Both the position numbers and the translations under genes were made by a program. Below the pieces are notes generated by a model. That model worked only from the letters and a program-made list of their open reading frames with translations. It was not told where the DNA came from and searched no databases. Source: Raillietiella orientalis (taxonomy: Eukaryota). Taken from it: a stretch of 64,000 nucleotides of DNA. The stretch covers positions 2,108,001-2,172,000 of the forward strand of contig JAYWIR010000015.1 in NCBI GenBank assembly GCA_036172245.1, read 5' to 3'. Of the stretch, positions 24,425 to 36,155 are shown piece after piece. Position 1 is the stretch's first letter; each line of letters opens with the position of its first letter.

Positions 24425-24589
24425 ACCATGCGTCGCGGGTTCGAATAGTCCGGCAGAAACTGACGCCATTGCGTCGTTGGATTCCGAGTTTCTCCTGCAA
24501 TGGTGCTGGTTGGCCGAGACATTCGGGCGTGGTACTGGCGGTGGATTAAGGCGGAGGCTCCCGATGAAGGCCGGAACAATGGGAGTCGA

Positions 24590-25350
24590 CCTTCGGGTCC
24601 TTCCAGGAATCAAGGAGTGGGGAGTTCCCCCTCCGGTCGTGCAACGGAGAGAGGACCCCCACACCGGGGGGACCCCTCCGGTTTCACGATGGAACAGGAG
24701 CCCTCAAGGGCACCTCTCCAGTTGTTCAAAGGAGCGGATCACCCTGTTACGGGGGGACCCTCCGAGTCGTCGCCTTTCCACAAGAGTGCAAGGAAGCAAG
24801 CGAGAGCGATTCCCTGCGGGAGGCTGCAGAGCCCCTTTTGAGTTGCGGAAGCGGTTCTCTTCAGAGGAGTGAACAGGAGCGGTTCCCTTGCGGGTTCCCT
24901 CCGGAGAAGAAATTCCTACTAGCGGATCCTTTCCGAGTTCCCTTCGGAGAAGTTGAAATGGAGAGTACCGAAGAGACTCCGGAGAGAATGAGGAAGGAGA
25001 TTCCCTTCGAGATTCCCCTTCGGAGACAACCATGGTGGGAGTCGCGATCCCTTCCGTCGGGGGGGATCCCTCCCCAAGCGTGAGAGGAACGGACTCCGAG
25101 CCTTCCTGGATTCATAGGGCGGACTGCAATCCCGGGGTGCCCCCTATCCTGAAGAATTACACTGAAGATTACCACGCCCCCTGCGGGGTTGCACGCAGGG
25201 GAGAGGCGTGGAAACAAAACAGTGTGTTTAAAGAGCCTCGTGCACCGCGAGGCACGCGACCGGCTCTGAGGTACTTAGCGAACCAAAAAAAATAAAACTC
25301 TAAAAGAAAAAAAAAAAGTTGGAAGGAAAACAGCGAAGACAGAACCCAAG
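24590..25350 (-). repeat. Dispersed repeat family copy C (inverted, longest sub-repeat tract)
   Basis: CTTAGCGAACCA plus A-run (25274-25290), CTTCCTGGATTCAT (25102-25115), multiple TTCCCTTCGGA units. Confidence 0.8.
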
Positions 25351-25368
25351 ATTTCCATCGTCCTTATG

Positions 25369-25395
25369 ATACATATATGAAATGTTTGCGATGGC
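25369..25395 (-). promoter_or_regulatory. Second copy of the U6 upstream motif
   Basis: GCCATCGCAAACATTTCATATATGTAT, 3 mismatches to 24398-24424; weaker similarity continues about 25 bp further upstream. Confidence 0.45.
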
Positions 25396-25399
25396 CCAG

Positions 25400-26250
25400 G
25401 GATTTCACCGGTGCGAAAAGGATGCAGGTAGTAGGAAGCAGATACCGGAGCGTATGCGAGAGTAGGAACATCAGCGAGAAAATACTTGATTCTGGATGTT
25501 CCCCGGGATGCTGGCATCCGAAACTCGTGGATCGCAACTAGGTTTTGCAATGACTCCTTGATCGAACACGTGTGATATCGATCCAGAAAGTGAACTCGTA
25601 CGGAACAAAATCGGAAATGCATTTTTTTTTTTTTTTTTCATCCGTCAGGAGGAATGGGAAAACCAAAGATTTATCGGTCTGAGTTGAGGATGATTTTGCA
25701 TTTGCCATTCCCGGAAGAACCATTGCATTGCACCCACCAGATGGTATTTATATTTTGTGGCGTCTTGAATTCTGCCAGATTTCTCAGCTAGGAAAGTCAA
25801 GCTTTCGCTCCAGTTTTTCCGGATGAGACTCGAAACCTCATTTTGCACGGAAGTCAAAGGTGAACGCGCGGCGCGGCGTTGTGAAGAAGCGAATCTACCA
25901 AAGGATACGGTTGCTACATGAGCGACTTGGAAACGGCCTCGCCGCCGCGAAGCCAGACCCGAGGCGGCGAGTCGCTCGCTCCATGTGGGTGGGTCTCTGC
26001 CGACGGCTGTAGATCTGATCGTCGGCTGTTGTGGCTCTTCTCAGCATGGTTCGGTACCGATCTTGCAAATCCGAGCAGATCAGAAGGATTCTCAAGCGAA
26101 ACGCTTCTGCTGAAACAACGAACTTTCAAACGGGTGTGTCCGCGTGCTGATGGAAGCACGTGAATCCCAGATTGCACCCGAAGATGACACGAGCCTTCCA
26201 CCAGGCTGTGCTTTTGTAATCTCTACTCCGGTGCCTCCCTGGTGTTTCAA
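25400..26250 (-). mobile_element. Degenerate L1/Tx1-like RT4-7 plus thumb fragment
   Basis: ATTADDQIY resembles YADD; RKNWSESLTFLAEK resembles W....LS..GK. Confidence 0.55.
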
Positions 26251-26258
26251 CGAATGTG

Positions 26259-27629
26259 GAACAGCGCCGCGGCAAACAGTGGCAGAGAGGGCATCTGCAG
26301 ACGAAGGAACCACGAGCAAGAAGCTTTTTGAAACGCTGAGCATTTGAAGCACTCCTTGAACAACCCGCGGCAATAAAATTAGAAGTTTTCTCATCAGAGA
26401 AACCAGCAGACAATAGTGGTAGAAAGCTGAAAGCAGAATTAGAAAGATTTTCTTGCTGTGGATGGCATCGAGAAGACTTCTCCCTTCTGCTGATGGACAC
26501 CGCACTTGAGAGCTAACTTTAAGAAAAAATAGATCTCTTTGAACATGCGCTCACTTGAAATTTGCTCTCTCATCGTAGCCATGTTTCACCTTGGAATCAG
26601 AGGCTGATATTTGAATATTTGGCGCTTTCTGAAATTTAGCTGCTTGAGTCTTCCGACTATCTCGTGATTTTGTGCTCCTCACTTTGTTTCGTGCACTGAA
26701 TTTTGTAATCTCCTGGCCTTCGCCCCCTTTGGTGACCTTCCGTTCTCGTGAGCACACACCAATTGCTTGCCAAGCATGATGCCTTTTCCTCCTTTGAAAA
26801 GAATTCTGGCGAGTTTTTCAGGTATTCGTTATTTTTGCCCCCTCATCGTCGTCCTGCTGGTGATGAAACTTCCAACATCACTTTATTACCATTAAGAACC
26901 GGCTTGTATCCCCTCTTGGCCACTAAGCTTCTCAGCCTTTGATTCTACTGTCCTGTTTCAAATTCCTGAGCATGCGAAAGCCAAGTGCCAGTGGAGCTGG
27001 CTAGGTCTAGCACTGCCGGCGAAACGAAAGCGAAAGCGAAAGTGAAAGCGCGCGTGGCACGACTGCAGCGTCCGTTCTTCTCGGCTAGCCTGCGAGCAGA
27101 TTGTTTCGAACTCCTCACCCAAGGTTTCTGCCATTTATGCGCTTCTGGCCAACACCTCCAGACTGAGCTTTTCATTGCTCCGCTCAGTTCAAGTTGGATT
27201 GATGAGGTATCTCGTTCCATCTCATGGATGCTGCACAGGCCCATGCTCATTTACGAGAAAAGATTCGGGTGCGTTGCACCGACGAGGTACGCTCGAGCAG
27301 CAAGGTAGATCAGACTCTTCCACTCTCGAACCAAAATTCTTAGCCTTTCCATAACAGTAATGTGTCCATGGTAACCAAGGAAGGGTAGGGTCCAGCAGCA
27401 GAAAAGAGAAGCCTTTTCGATGCCATCCAAGGCAAGAAAATCTTTCTTATTCTGCTTACAGCTTTCTACCACTATTTTCTGCTTGTTTCTTTGATGAGAA
27501 AACTTCTAATTTTATTGCCGCGGGTTGTTCAAGGAGTGCTTCAAACGCTCAGCGTTTCAAAAAGCTTCTTGCTCGTGGCTCCTTCGTCTGCACATGCCCT
27601 CTCTGCTACTGCTTGCCTCGGTACTGTTC
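26259..27629. repeat. 240-bp inverted duplication (26259-26498 vs 27390-27629)
   Basis: Long near-identical reverse-complement match including TGAAGCACTCCTTGAACAACCCGCGGCAATAAAATTAGAAGTTTTCTCATCA. Confidence 0.95.
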
Positions 27630-28330
27630 ATGGCAACCAAGGGGTGTTCCAAAGACTCAGAGTAGCAGGGGGTTCGCAGGGTAAGTCCAGTGCTGGGAAC
27701 TTACACGAAAAGCTGGTTAGAATGGTGCTAAACGCACGAAGTGCATTGAAATGATGTCTCGAAAGCACCCGAAGAAGAGGCAACTGAACTGACTCATCCT
27801 GATAACGAAGAAGCAGGTGGATTCTCAGATCGCTCATGATGACGAAGCAAGTGGATTCTCAGCACGCGCATGATGACATAGTATCACTACGGATGAATAC
27901 ATGAAAGCATCGAACGCTCCAATGAGAGTGCAGAAGCTCCCTTGTCTCCACTTGAGAGATGTATCCGTTGCACAATCTGGATTGAGCGTATGAAACCAGA
28001 GGTTTCAAGAGTCCTGGAAAGAATGGAAACATTCATGACCCTACATCCTCTGAAAAAGTTCTCGTGTTCCCATTTCGTGCTCCACTTATTCCGAATTCCA
28101 GATTGATGTATCTAAGCACTGAGCCTGAGCTTTTCTGGATGCTCCGGGGAACCTTGTCACAAGGCGCTCTGTCCAATATCCCAGTTCAAGGACTCCGTCG
28201 AGAAGATCGAGTGGTCGGCTCAATTGAACCGGAGGTAGACAAGGGGGGAAAGAAACTACTAGTCATCCATAGCGAGGTGTACGAACGAACACCTGCGAGC
28301 AGAGAAACGAGTCGTTTAGAGGGTTTCTAG
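26500..28330 (-). mobile_element. Degenerate L1/Tx1-like ORF2 (EN C-terminus to RT)
   Basis: ADHSIF...LNWDIGQSAL resembles SDH...W.LN.SLL; FLALDGIEKASLFCCW resembles LD.EKAFD.V.W. Confidence 0.6.
27810..27877 (+). repeat. About 34-bp tandem duplication
   Basis: GAAGCAGGTGGATTCTCAGATCGCTCATGATGAC followed by GAAGCAAGTGGATTCTCAGCACGCGCATGATGAC. Confidence 0.85.
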
Positions 28331-28349
28331 GGATCTTTCTGAGAGTAAA

Positions 28350-29100
28350 AGAAAATCTGCGTCTCTTGATGACACGAACACCTGAATGGTTGCCTCTCCG
28401 GATGCATGATTCCCGGTGGTGGTTAGTGAGGCTGGTGAGCATCGAAAGCGCAAGCGATTTGTCACAGTGCGCGTTGGATTCACGAGAGCCATTCTACAGA
28501 AAGGATTCTACAGAATCGCAGGGAGGAGCGCCAGACGACAACTTCAAGGTTCAACGCGATGCGAAGAGGACCCGGAAGCTCCCGTCAAGGAAAAGGTCAC
28601 GGTGGGGAACCATTTTCGCCAGTTACGTCGGACTGCTATCCACCTGCCGCTCTCTTTTCTGCTCCACGAAACCGCACCAGTGTCTTCAAGCGGTCGACTC
28701 CAGCACGCAACCGATCACTATGGGAATCCTCCGGGAAATAAAATTCATCTGTGGAACCAGAGAGGAGAGCATACGCTGCTGGGAACGTGGAGTACCCGGG
28801 GATGAATGTCGAGGAGCTCCTGCAAGGCTAGCACTTCGTCTCAATGATGGGTGATTCTCGTGCGTCTTCTCAGTTTATCACCCATTGTGATTGCCACCGC
28901 TTCTTGTGCAGGAGGTGCTGCTTTGCACATCCAATCTTCGGACGCTACTCGGACGACCGCTGGATTGCCGGGCTCCTTCTTCGGGAAACACGGGCTGCTG
29001 GGCTCGCAGCTCTTCGTGCATCTGGTCGCGTTGGCGTTCCTTCGTCGTCGTCCTTGACTCCACAGACGCTCCTGAAACAGGTCCTTCTCCCTCTCTCTTT
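28350..29100 (+). mobile_element. Possible LINE C-terminal fragment
   Basis: YVGLLST...FICGTREESI resembles L.T...C..CG..EESI.H. Confidence 0.3.
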
Positions 29101-29119
29101 TCCTTACCCTCGGCTGTAG

Positions 29120-29550
29120 TTACCGGGATCCGTCGAGAAGTCCTGCTTCTTCTGGGCTGCGTCCCGCTGCCACAACCTGCTCCTCTGAACGAGTTAGTAG
29201 TCTGGCAAAGTGATGCGGGTCACCTATCAGTCGGAGGACGCCCGTCTTCCGGAAATGCGAATTCAACAGGTACAGGTCGCCTGCCCTATGCGGAAAAGAC
29301 ACCGAAAACCGGGAGCAGGTCCGTTCGAGCGAAACCCACAGCACGGCTGATGGGATTCGTCCGTTCAAACAGCCCCGTGTCCGCGACTTTCCAGAATGGA
29401 TTCCCCTGACGACCAGGTTTCGAGGAAAAAGAGTTTTCAAGTAGCAATAATCACGCCTCCTTATAGTTCCTAGACAGTGATATTGCCTGTGCGCGAGATT
29501 AAAAGAGAGTATGCATAGCCCAGCCTCGAATGGTGTTTCTTGTTGAGGAC
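29120..29550 (-). mobile_element. Degenerate APE endonuclease fragment
   Basis: LCILSFNLAH, DYCYLKT, LYLLNSHF and LIGDP occur in the order expected for N, LQET, NVYAP and GDFN. Confidence 0.5.
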
Positions 29551-30449
29551 TTGCAATCAAAGCCGTTCCTGCCTTCGCTGCAGTTCGTTTCTTTGAAGAC
29601 CAGGGCTGTTACCGCAAGTCCCAGAGCTGCTTGGTGGACTGCGGGCCTTTCGATTCTTCGCTCCTGGGTCTCTTGCTTGAACGGAATCTGCGGGACGTGA
29701 AAGAACGGACCGCCGACAATGTCAATCGCAAACCGTGTAAAAGCGGAAGAGCTCTCTAACGCGTGGATGTGTGCAGCAGATCCTTCCAGGGTCGCACTCC
29801 TCCCGGAGCCAAGTTCAGTTTCCGTTATAAGGTCCCAAAACTCGGGGTCCTTATTTTCTCTCCAGCCTCACGGGGAGTGCCACTATTCGTTGATCTCGGT
29901 GGAACGGGAAGAGAATCGTGCGACTGTGATGCATTGCTGTACCCTGAAGCAGTGTTGCTGCCATCGTTGCGGTGGACGGAAGCTGATGGTTTCGTCCTGC
30001 TTGGAAAGCATTACGTGTGCGTACAGCGATTTGGCACGCTTTCGACGAATTCATCCAACATTTGTATACATCAGTGATTGTCCTTCCACATCTATGATAG
30101 GCGAGACGTCATGATGGCAATCACATATGACTCCTGCTGAGATGATTCTCAGCATCGATGGTACACACGGGTGAAAAGATGAATTGTGAGGTGAGTTCTG
30201 CGGATAAAACGTGGGCAGCGTAAGGATTTATCACGGTGCATAATTCTGAAGCCAGCATCTCATCAAAGAAGATTGTCAGAGGTGATGATAAATTACTGAA
30301 CTGGCAAATGGAGTTTGCTGAAGATGGAAAGATGACCTTCGTTCATATCAGATCTTACTTTCAAGACAGACATTCGCGATGAGGATTGCACTTAAAAAAG
30401 AAGCTCTAGAGCAAGCACGTGAGAAGCAGCTCATAAAAAAAATTAGTAT

Positions 30450-30950
30450 GAACTTAAATAAATAAGAAGATCGCAGCAGCTTCCAGGTCGAAAGAGGCCG
30501 CTCTAGGTACATAGTCGAACCAGTCCTCCGAGTGTCGAAAACTGGGATGCGTGTCTCTTGGCTTTTTACCCATTTGAGAAATTGGGTGCACGCGGGAGCG
30601 CAGGTGGTGGAACCCAAGAAGATCACCTTTGGGGCAAAGCTGCCCGGGATGCCTCAGGATCTGGCGTCACCCCTTGCAAAAAGCTCTTGTTACCTTTTAG
30701 CGCGCTCACTGGAAGGAATCTTTCGGCAGCGTTCGCAGCAACTCGAAACCGTCTCTGAAGATCTCCTGGAGGTGAGCCGTCGAAGGAGGCGAACGGCGCG
30801 GAGTGTTCAAGGACTCTATCTTTCGAAGAAGCATTTCGGTTCTCTTGGAGATGCAAGGCTATTTCTCCGATCTTGGAAAATCCAGCAATGGAGTCGGTGC
30901 ATTCCAGTTTCACCTCGAATGGATGTTCAAATTTTAGTCCATAAAAGGAT
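30450..30950 (+). mobile_element. Tx1-like ORF2 extreme C-terminus
   Basis: RVSWLFTHLRNWV...KKITFG...YLLARSLEGIFRQR...FLRSW resembles the post-CCHC Tx1 tail. Confidence 0.4.
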
Positions 30951-31049
30951 GAAGCAGATGAAGAGGAGGAATTCTTATTCGCCTGCCAATCCAGCTCTTC
31001 ACAGAATTTCGGGGATTCCTCCATTCAACACACATCCAGGGAATGGATG

Positions 31050-32300
31050 ATGACCATTTCCTTCCTGCTATTCTGGATCTGCTCCTTCGGCAATTTTTTT
31101 CGGCTCTTCGTCGTCGGCCGTATCCCCAGATTCCAGGCATCCTGCCAGGAGCGAGAGCTCTTAGGGACGCGGGCGAAGGCCTGGGGACGAAGAGGAAAGC
31201 AAGCTCTCGACTCTTCTGGCGCCGATGCCGCTGCATCTTCAAAGAGGATACGTGACACCTGCAGCATGATGATGACCTTCCCTCTGCACCGGCCCTGTCT
31301 TCAGCCCTGGAACAGTCTGGTTGGCGGCTTCCAACTGCCAGCGTTGCTGGGCACAGTGCCCCGTCTTGATCCGGGTCACCAGCTCCCGGTGTCTCTCCGC
31401 GACAATCGGGGTGGTTCGGTCGTCGACGCGCCCGTCGAGGGGCGGTGCGACGTGGCATACCTCCCACCTTCCGCACACCGCGACCGGCGCCGTCCTTGGC
31501 GGGTTCTGTGCGCACGGACGGAAGGTCGAGTCGTGCCAAACGGATGAACCTGCAATCTACGAACCGACGATGTTGAGACCTGCGGTGATTCCCAACGCGT
31601 ATCTTTTCTTGGGCCGAGCGTTACGTGGCGAGAGATGCTCAAGCTGCCTTGTCTTGAATCGTGAGCGGACCGGAATGATTTTCTTCCTCGTGTGCAGCGG
31701 CTACCAAATGAGATCTCGGGTGGTTCTCCTTGAAACCTCCTCTACTGTCACTCGACTTTTTTCAGGAGTTGCCTTCCCACCATCCAGGAGCTTCTGGTGC
31801 CACTTCTAAACCAATCGCCCAGCTATTCATCTGTCGACTGTTCCTGCAGTCTCCCCCTTATCACCGTTTTCAACGCGACTTCGCACACTTTTCAATGTTC
31901 TGCTAAATGCAGTTCATCTCCAGCACCATCCTTGAACGTCTATCCCATTCGAAAGCTCTCCCACCCCTTGTCCTGCTTTCCTGTCACCTCCCCTTTCATC
32001 CTTCTTCCATCCAGGGATCTTCAGGGAGAAGTTTTCCCGATGGCGTCTCGTTTGACTTCTCGGCAGTAGAACGTTAAGGTGAGGAGGCAGAAGTAGTAAT
32101 GGAGCGGGGAAGTCTCCAAGTCGTATTCATCCTGCATCACACGCTTTCTCGAGGTCGCCGGGCTGTAGACAGACGGGCGGGAACTGCCGAAGATGCTACA
32201 GAGATACCCGATCGCGGAAACGAAACGTCTGAGCCGTTTCCGGATCGCTCGCCTCCACGGTCCGCCTTCTCTCCCCTCCCTCTTTTCCGGAAGTTAAAAG
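31050..32300 (-). mobile_element. Possible LINE ORF1 remnant with two degenerate zinc knuckles
   Basis: VCGRWEVCHVA and TRIKTGHCAQQ resemble CX2CX4HX4C knuckles. Confidence 0.3.
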
Positions 32301-34064
32301 CAACCCCATCCAGATAAAGTCCATCAGGTTTTCTTTGCGATCCTTCCCCCATCGTCGGTGAGGGGGTCTCTTGTTTCTGTAGCGGTCGAACGACGGCTCC
32401 TTTTCATGGCCGCTCCGATCTGTTCCGAAGCGCGAGCTCTTCATCCGGATGCGGGAGGGAAGGACCTCCGGTCTTCACCGATAGGGCAGGAAGAAGGCTA
32501 CGACGGCTTGGATGAAATCCAAGGCAGCCGGTCGAGGGCGGAAGCCCCCCCTTCCAGACACGCCAACTCGGGAGTCTTCCGCGAGCTGCGCGCCTGAGAG
32601 CGCCGTTGCGTTTCTCGCGCCACCAAAGACTCCCTGCCTTCTCCTGGAGAACTCGTTTATTCCACTTGTCTATAACGACCCCTGAATATGTAATCCACAA
32701 AAACCCGAAACAATGGATCAGAGAACCGCCATTTTGCGGGCCGCTCACGACATAATGGATGCACTGGTGGAGGGTCCCCATGAACTCGTGACCGCAAGCC
32801 CCCGCATCTCATTTGTGCGACCAGCGATCGTTTCGTTCGCGGCTGTTTATCCAGGATCCCCGGCGCCGAATTAGGTAGGAAAGTATCCTGCTTCTCGATG
32901 ATGATGACGGCGACTCGGCAGTTTCCGCGATCATTTACTGAACCGCTGTTTCGGACAGAAGCCGCGGGAAGGAGTCAGAAAAAAGAAAAATGGGAAGCTG
33001 CGTCCGAGGGAACCGCTTGCCTCTCCGGGTGGAACAGTGGACGGCACGGGCCGCGAGCAGAAGACAACCACGAATGTGAGCGGCGGCACTGCTCACGTAT
33101 CCCTCAATGGACCGCTGTCCAAGCCAGAGGGACTTTGCCTGCGCACTGTTTAGCCGATCCTTGACCGTGAGGTGCCAGCGGACGGGGGGGAAGGGAGGGA
33201 GGGGGGGGGGAGCGGACCCGAAAGGAAAAGGCCAACAATTAGCTCCTGGAGCTCTATTGCTCCTGGCGCGGAGCAAAGAATAGGAAATTTAATTTCCTAT
33301 TCTTTGCTACGCGTTCCTGCCGGGCAAAGTCGCCGCCTCACTTCGTCCCGGAATGCTCATGTCGCAAAGGCCAACCGATATTCCTAATTAGAAATGCAAG
33401 AAAAGTACTGAGACGAAGCAAAGCAACCGTGTCGGCTGCAAATGAAAGAGGCCATCAAAAGGATTCGCGGAGACCGCCAACCGCTCGCTTTAATGAGGAT
33501 GTGCGGTGATAATGGAAGAGAGAGATACGCACGCGCGTTTGTCGGGATAAACTTCTTTGGAGAAGCGGGGGAGGGGAAAAGCAAAAAGAAAAAAAAAACA
33601 GCCAGTAATGATGAGATTATAAAAAAAAAAAAAAAAAAAACTCTTCTCCCTCGCGCTCTCCCTCGGAGGTTTCTCGTGGGTAGCCGAGTCAGTGCAGCTT
33701 CACGAGTTCTCGGCTGGAACCGATGATGATGATGCTCTTGCAAGCCGCACTCCTGGGGAAGAGGGCATTTTATAGTACTTACGAATGTACACATTTGGCC
33801 ATATATGTGCACCTGTGGCACAGATGATTGCGCGAACTCGAACGGAGATTCTTCAGGAGTTTATGGGACTTACCCAGAGCCGAGGCAGGAGGGACCTCGG
33901 GTGACACCACGCGGACTGCGGTCGGCACGGTGAAACTCGAGGCACCGACCTCTCTGACTCTTGATTTCAGAACGAGGGTATCTCTGGAATCGAGAGCTCG
34001 GTTCCAGAAACGAGAGTGCAGGCAGTGAGAATCCTGACTGGATGGGGTAGTTTGTGTTCTGAGG

Positions 34065-36155
34065 TTGTTGCCGACGGCCTTTGGAGGTAACTTGATTGAT
34101 TGAATGAAAACCAGTTCAATCAATCAACGAAAACCAGTTAGTGGTGGGAAAATGGCGAAGGAGGCAGGCAGGGAGAAGATGAGGTTTGCCTTGATCATTT
34201 CGTCATCGGATGGGTAGTGGCATCGTCCAATCGTGGTGGCGTTTGCGATGGCAGGAAGATGATTGTATGATAAATGATGATGGTGAATTCCATCAACAGA
34301 GAAAGCCCTTGCAACGCACAGGAAGATAATGCTCATTTAAATTCATAAAACAGTGGATCGGCAGGGCTACATTTGGAAACCCAGGAGAGGTGAACAAACC
34401 ATTTGAAGCGAAGCATGAAAAACCTTCTCAACCTTCTTTAAAGCCAACCATGAAAAGCCTTGCAGGTCAGATATGAAGTCAACTTGCACCTCATTCTTGC
34501 TTAACCCTGTTCCTATAGATCGTAGGGTCATTTCTCCTGAAAAGTCAAATGTGGATTATTTTCCCCACTCCAATTTCTTCGCCCAAACACCTCTGCCTTG
34601 TGACGATTGGCATGCCAATCTGGCGATCTCACATCCACATCTCGAATGAAAACGTCTTGCATGTGGTGGTGTCGAGTTTCCCTGGCAACGGGGTGCCGGG
34701 AAACGCTATCCAACTTACGATTTCGGTGCCCCATCTTATTGTGAGCATCAATGTGAAAAGTGTGCTGGGTGTACAGCGAACACTGATGAGCACATTAAAT
34801 TTGGAATGAGAACAGAGTGGAAGAGATTCAACACAACTGGTGGGAGAATCTTCCTACCTTTGTTTACTCTGAAGAAGAAATCCATGTTCTTAATTTAAAT
34901 TGGAGATCTGGCCCGAATGTTCCGATAATCATCTATCATTTATCCTGAAGCATGCAACGGATCACACCTGTTATTTACATCACAATTCCGTCCATGGTAC
35001 AAACAAGAAATTGGCTTTATAATCGATTTTTTCTTTTAGCACGTTATAAATGATGTCTGAAGAAAAAGAATACTTAAGCAAATCAATTGATTATAACTCT
35101 CACGATAGCACAATCATTAAGCAGTGAAAGAGCAGCTTATGACTTTTGCCATGTTATCCGTAGGTGAAAAAGAGCAATTCTTGTGACACTTAAAACCATC
35201 GAATCACCTGCTCTCTCTCCATCTACCCTTCTTTTAAAACGTTAAAACTGACTGCACAAATTTTTCCATGTTTTCCGCTTCCAGACTTTGCCTTGGTAAA
35301 CCTGATGGGAAACAAAACCAAGCAGTTGCTGGAGATCAGGAAACCAAGCAGCTGCACCTTACAATCTCTTGTCTTGTCTTGCCATGGTAGTAACCACCAA
35401 AAACTATGAATCGGATCATTTTCCACTAAATTTTTAATAATTCTTAGAGAGCTTATTTTTATTAAGTCTACTATTAATTTTAATGAATTACAAAACTTTG
35501 TGTACTTGACTGTATTCTATACAGTTGCAATATTCATAAGTTAAAGCACATCTACGACTTCCTCTTCGAGATAGAATTATTAACATCATGTAAAATGTTA
35601 AGGGTCACAAAATATACTGGGTTAAAGAATAATCAACTATGTCAACACATTAGTCGTATGCACTGGTGGCTGTTTTTTATTACGTGGATTTAAAGCTTCA
35701 TGTTTCATTTATGCCGATCATAAACTAATAGTAAAGCCTGTCAACACCGTGTTCTTGGTACCTTCTTGTGAGATAAGATCGGAACCGAAGGCGCCAGAAT
35801 GGAAGAACATCACCATCCTGAGAGATGAAATTAGGGTGACGAAATGTATTCGTGTGTACTGTATCTGTGATTGTTCCATAAGAAACGTGAAAGCATTGCC
35901 ACACATTTGATCGTGTTGCCCGGGTCCCAGGGAGACGAAAGCTTATCTCACCGATGAGGGAAACTTTTCGATTCAGTACAGAAAGAAGGGAGGGGGGTGC
36001 TCCGTGTTCGTGACACTATATAGAAATTTGAATTGCCTGGACAAATTACATTTTGAGCATGTTCAATTCCTGCATGCAATGTTTGAATCCTGTTGATTGA
36101 TTGAACTGATTTTCATTCAGTCGATCAAGTTACCTCCAAAGGCCATCGGCAACAA
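34065..36155. repeat. 64-bp inverted repeat pair (34065-34128 and 36092-36155), each arm with an internal hairpin
   Basis: TTGTTGCCGAYGGCCTTTGGAGGTAACTTGAYYGAYTGAATGAAAAYCAGTTCAATCAATCAAC; 4 transition mismatches in 64 bp. Confidence 0.9.
34330..34900 (-). mobile_element. Possible APE endonuclease fragment
   Basis: HTFHIDAHNK..HRNRKL resembles N.YAPN..ER; RCQGNST resembles GDFN. Confidence 0.3.

Noticed and set aside
24425..24455. Divergent tRNA/B-box (GGTTCGAAT) upstream of U6
   Set aside because: No T-stem pairing, A-box or cloverleaf.
23280..24500. 406-aa ORF, the longest in the left half
   Set aside because: It runs through U6 and its upstream motif; most endonuclease-like motifs are in other frames, so it is a chance open frame.
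24590..25150. CRISPR-like array from recurring palindromic 11-12-mers
   Set aside because: Units are degenerate and irregularly spaced, in a eukaryotic context with no cas genes.
1..34000. Endogenous DNA virus or bacterial insert explaining the GC-rich half
   Set aside because: No long intact ORFs or viral/bacterial hallmark genes; recognisable motifs are transposon-derived.
35880..35960. HDV-like or hammerhead ribozyme (GTCTCCCTGGGACCCGGGCAAC; CGAAA/CCGATGAG)
   Set aside because: The P1 partner is too short for HDV, and the hammerhead core elements lack the required stems and spacing.
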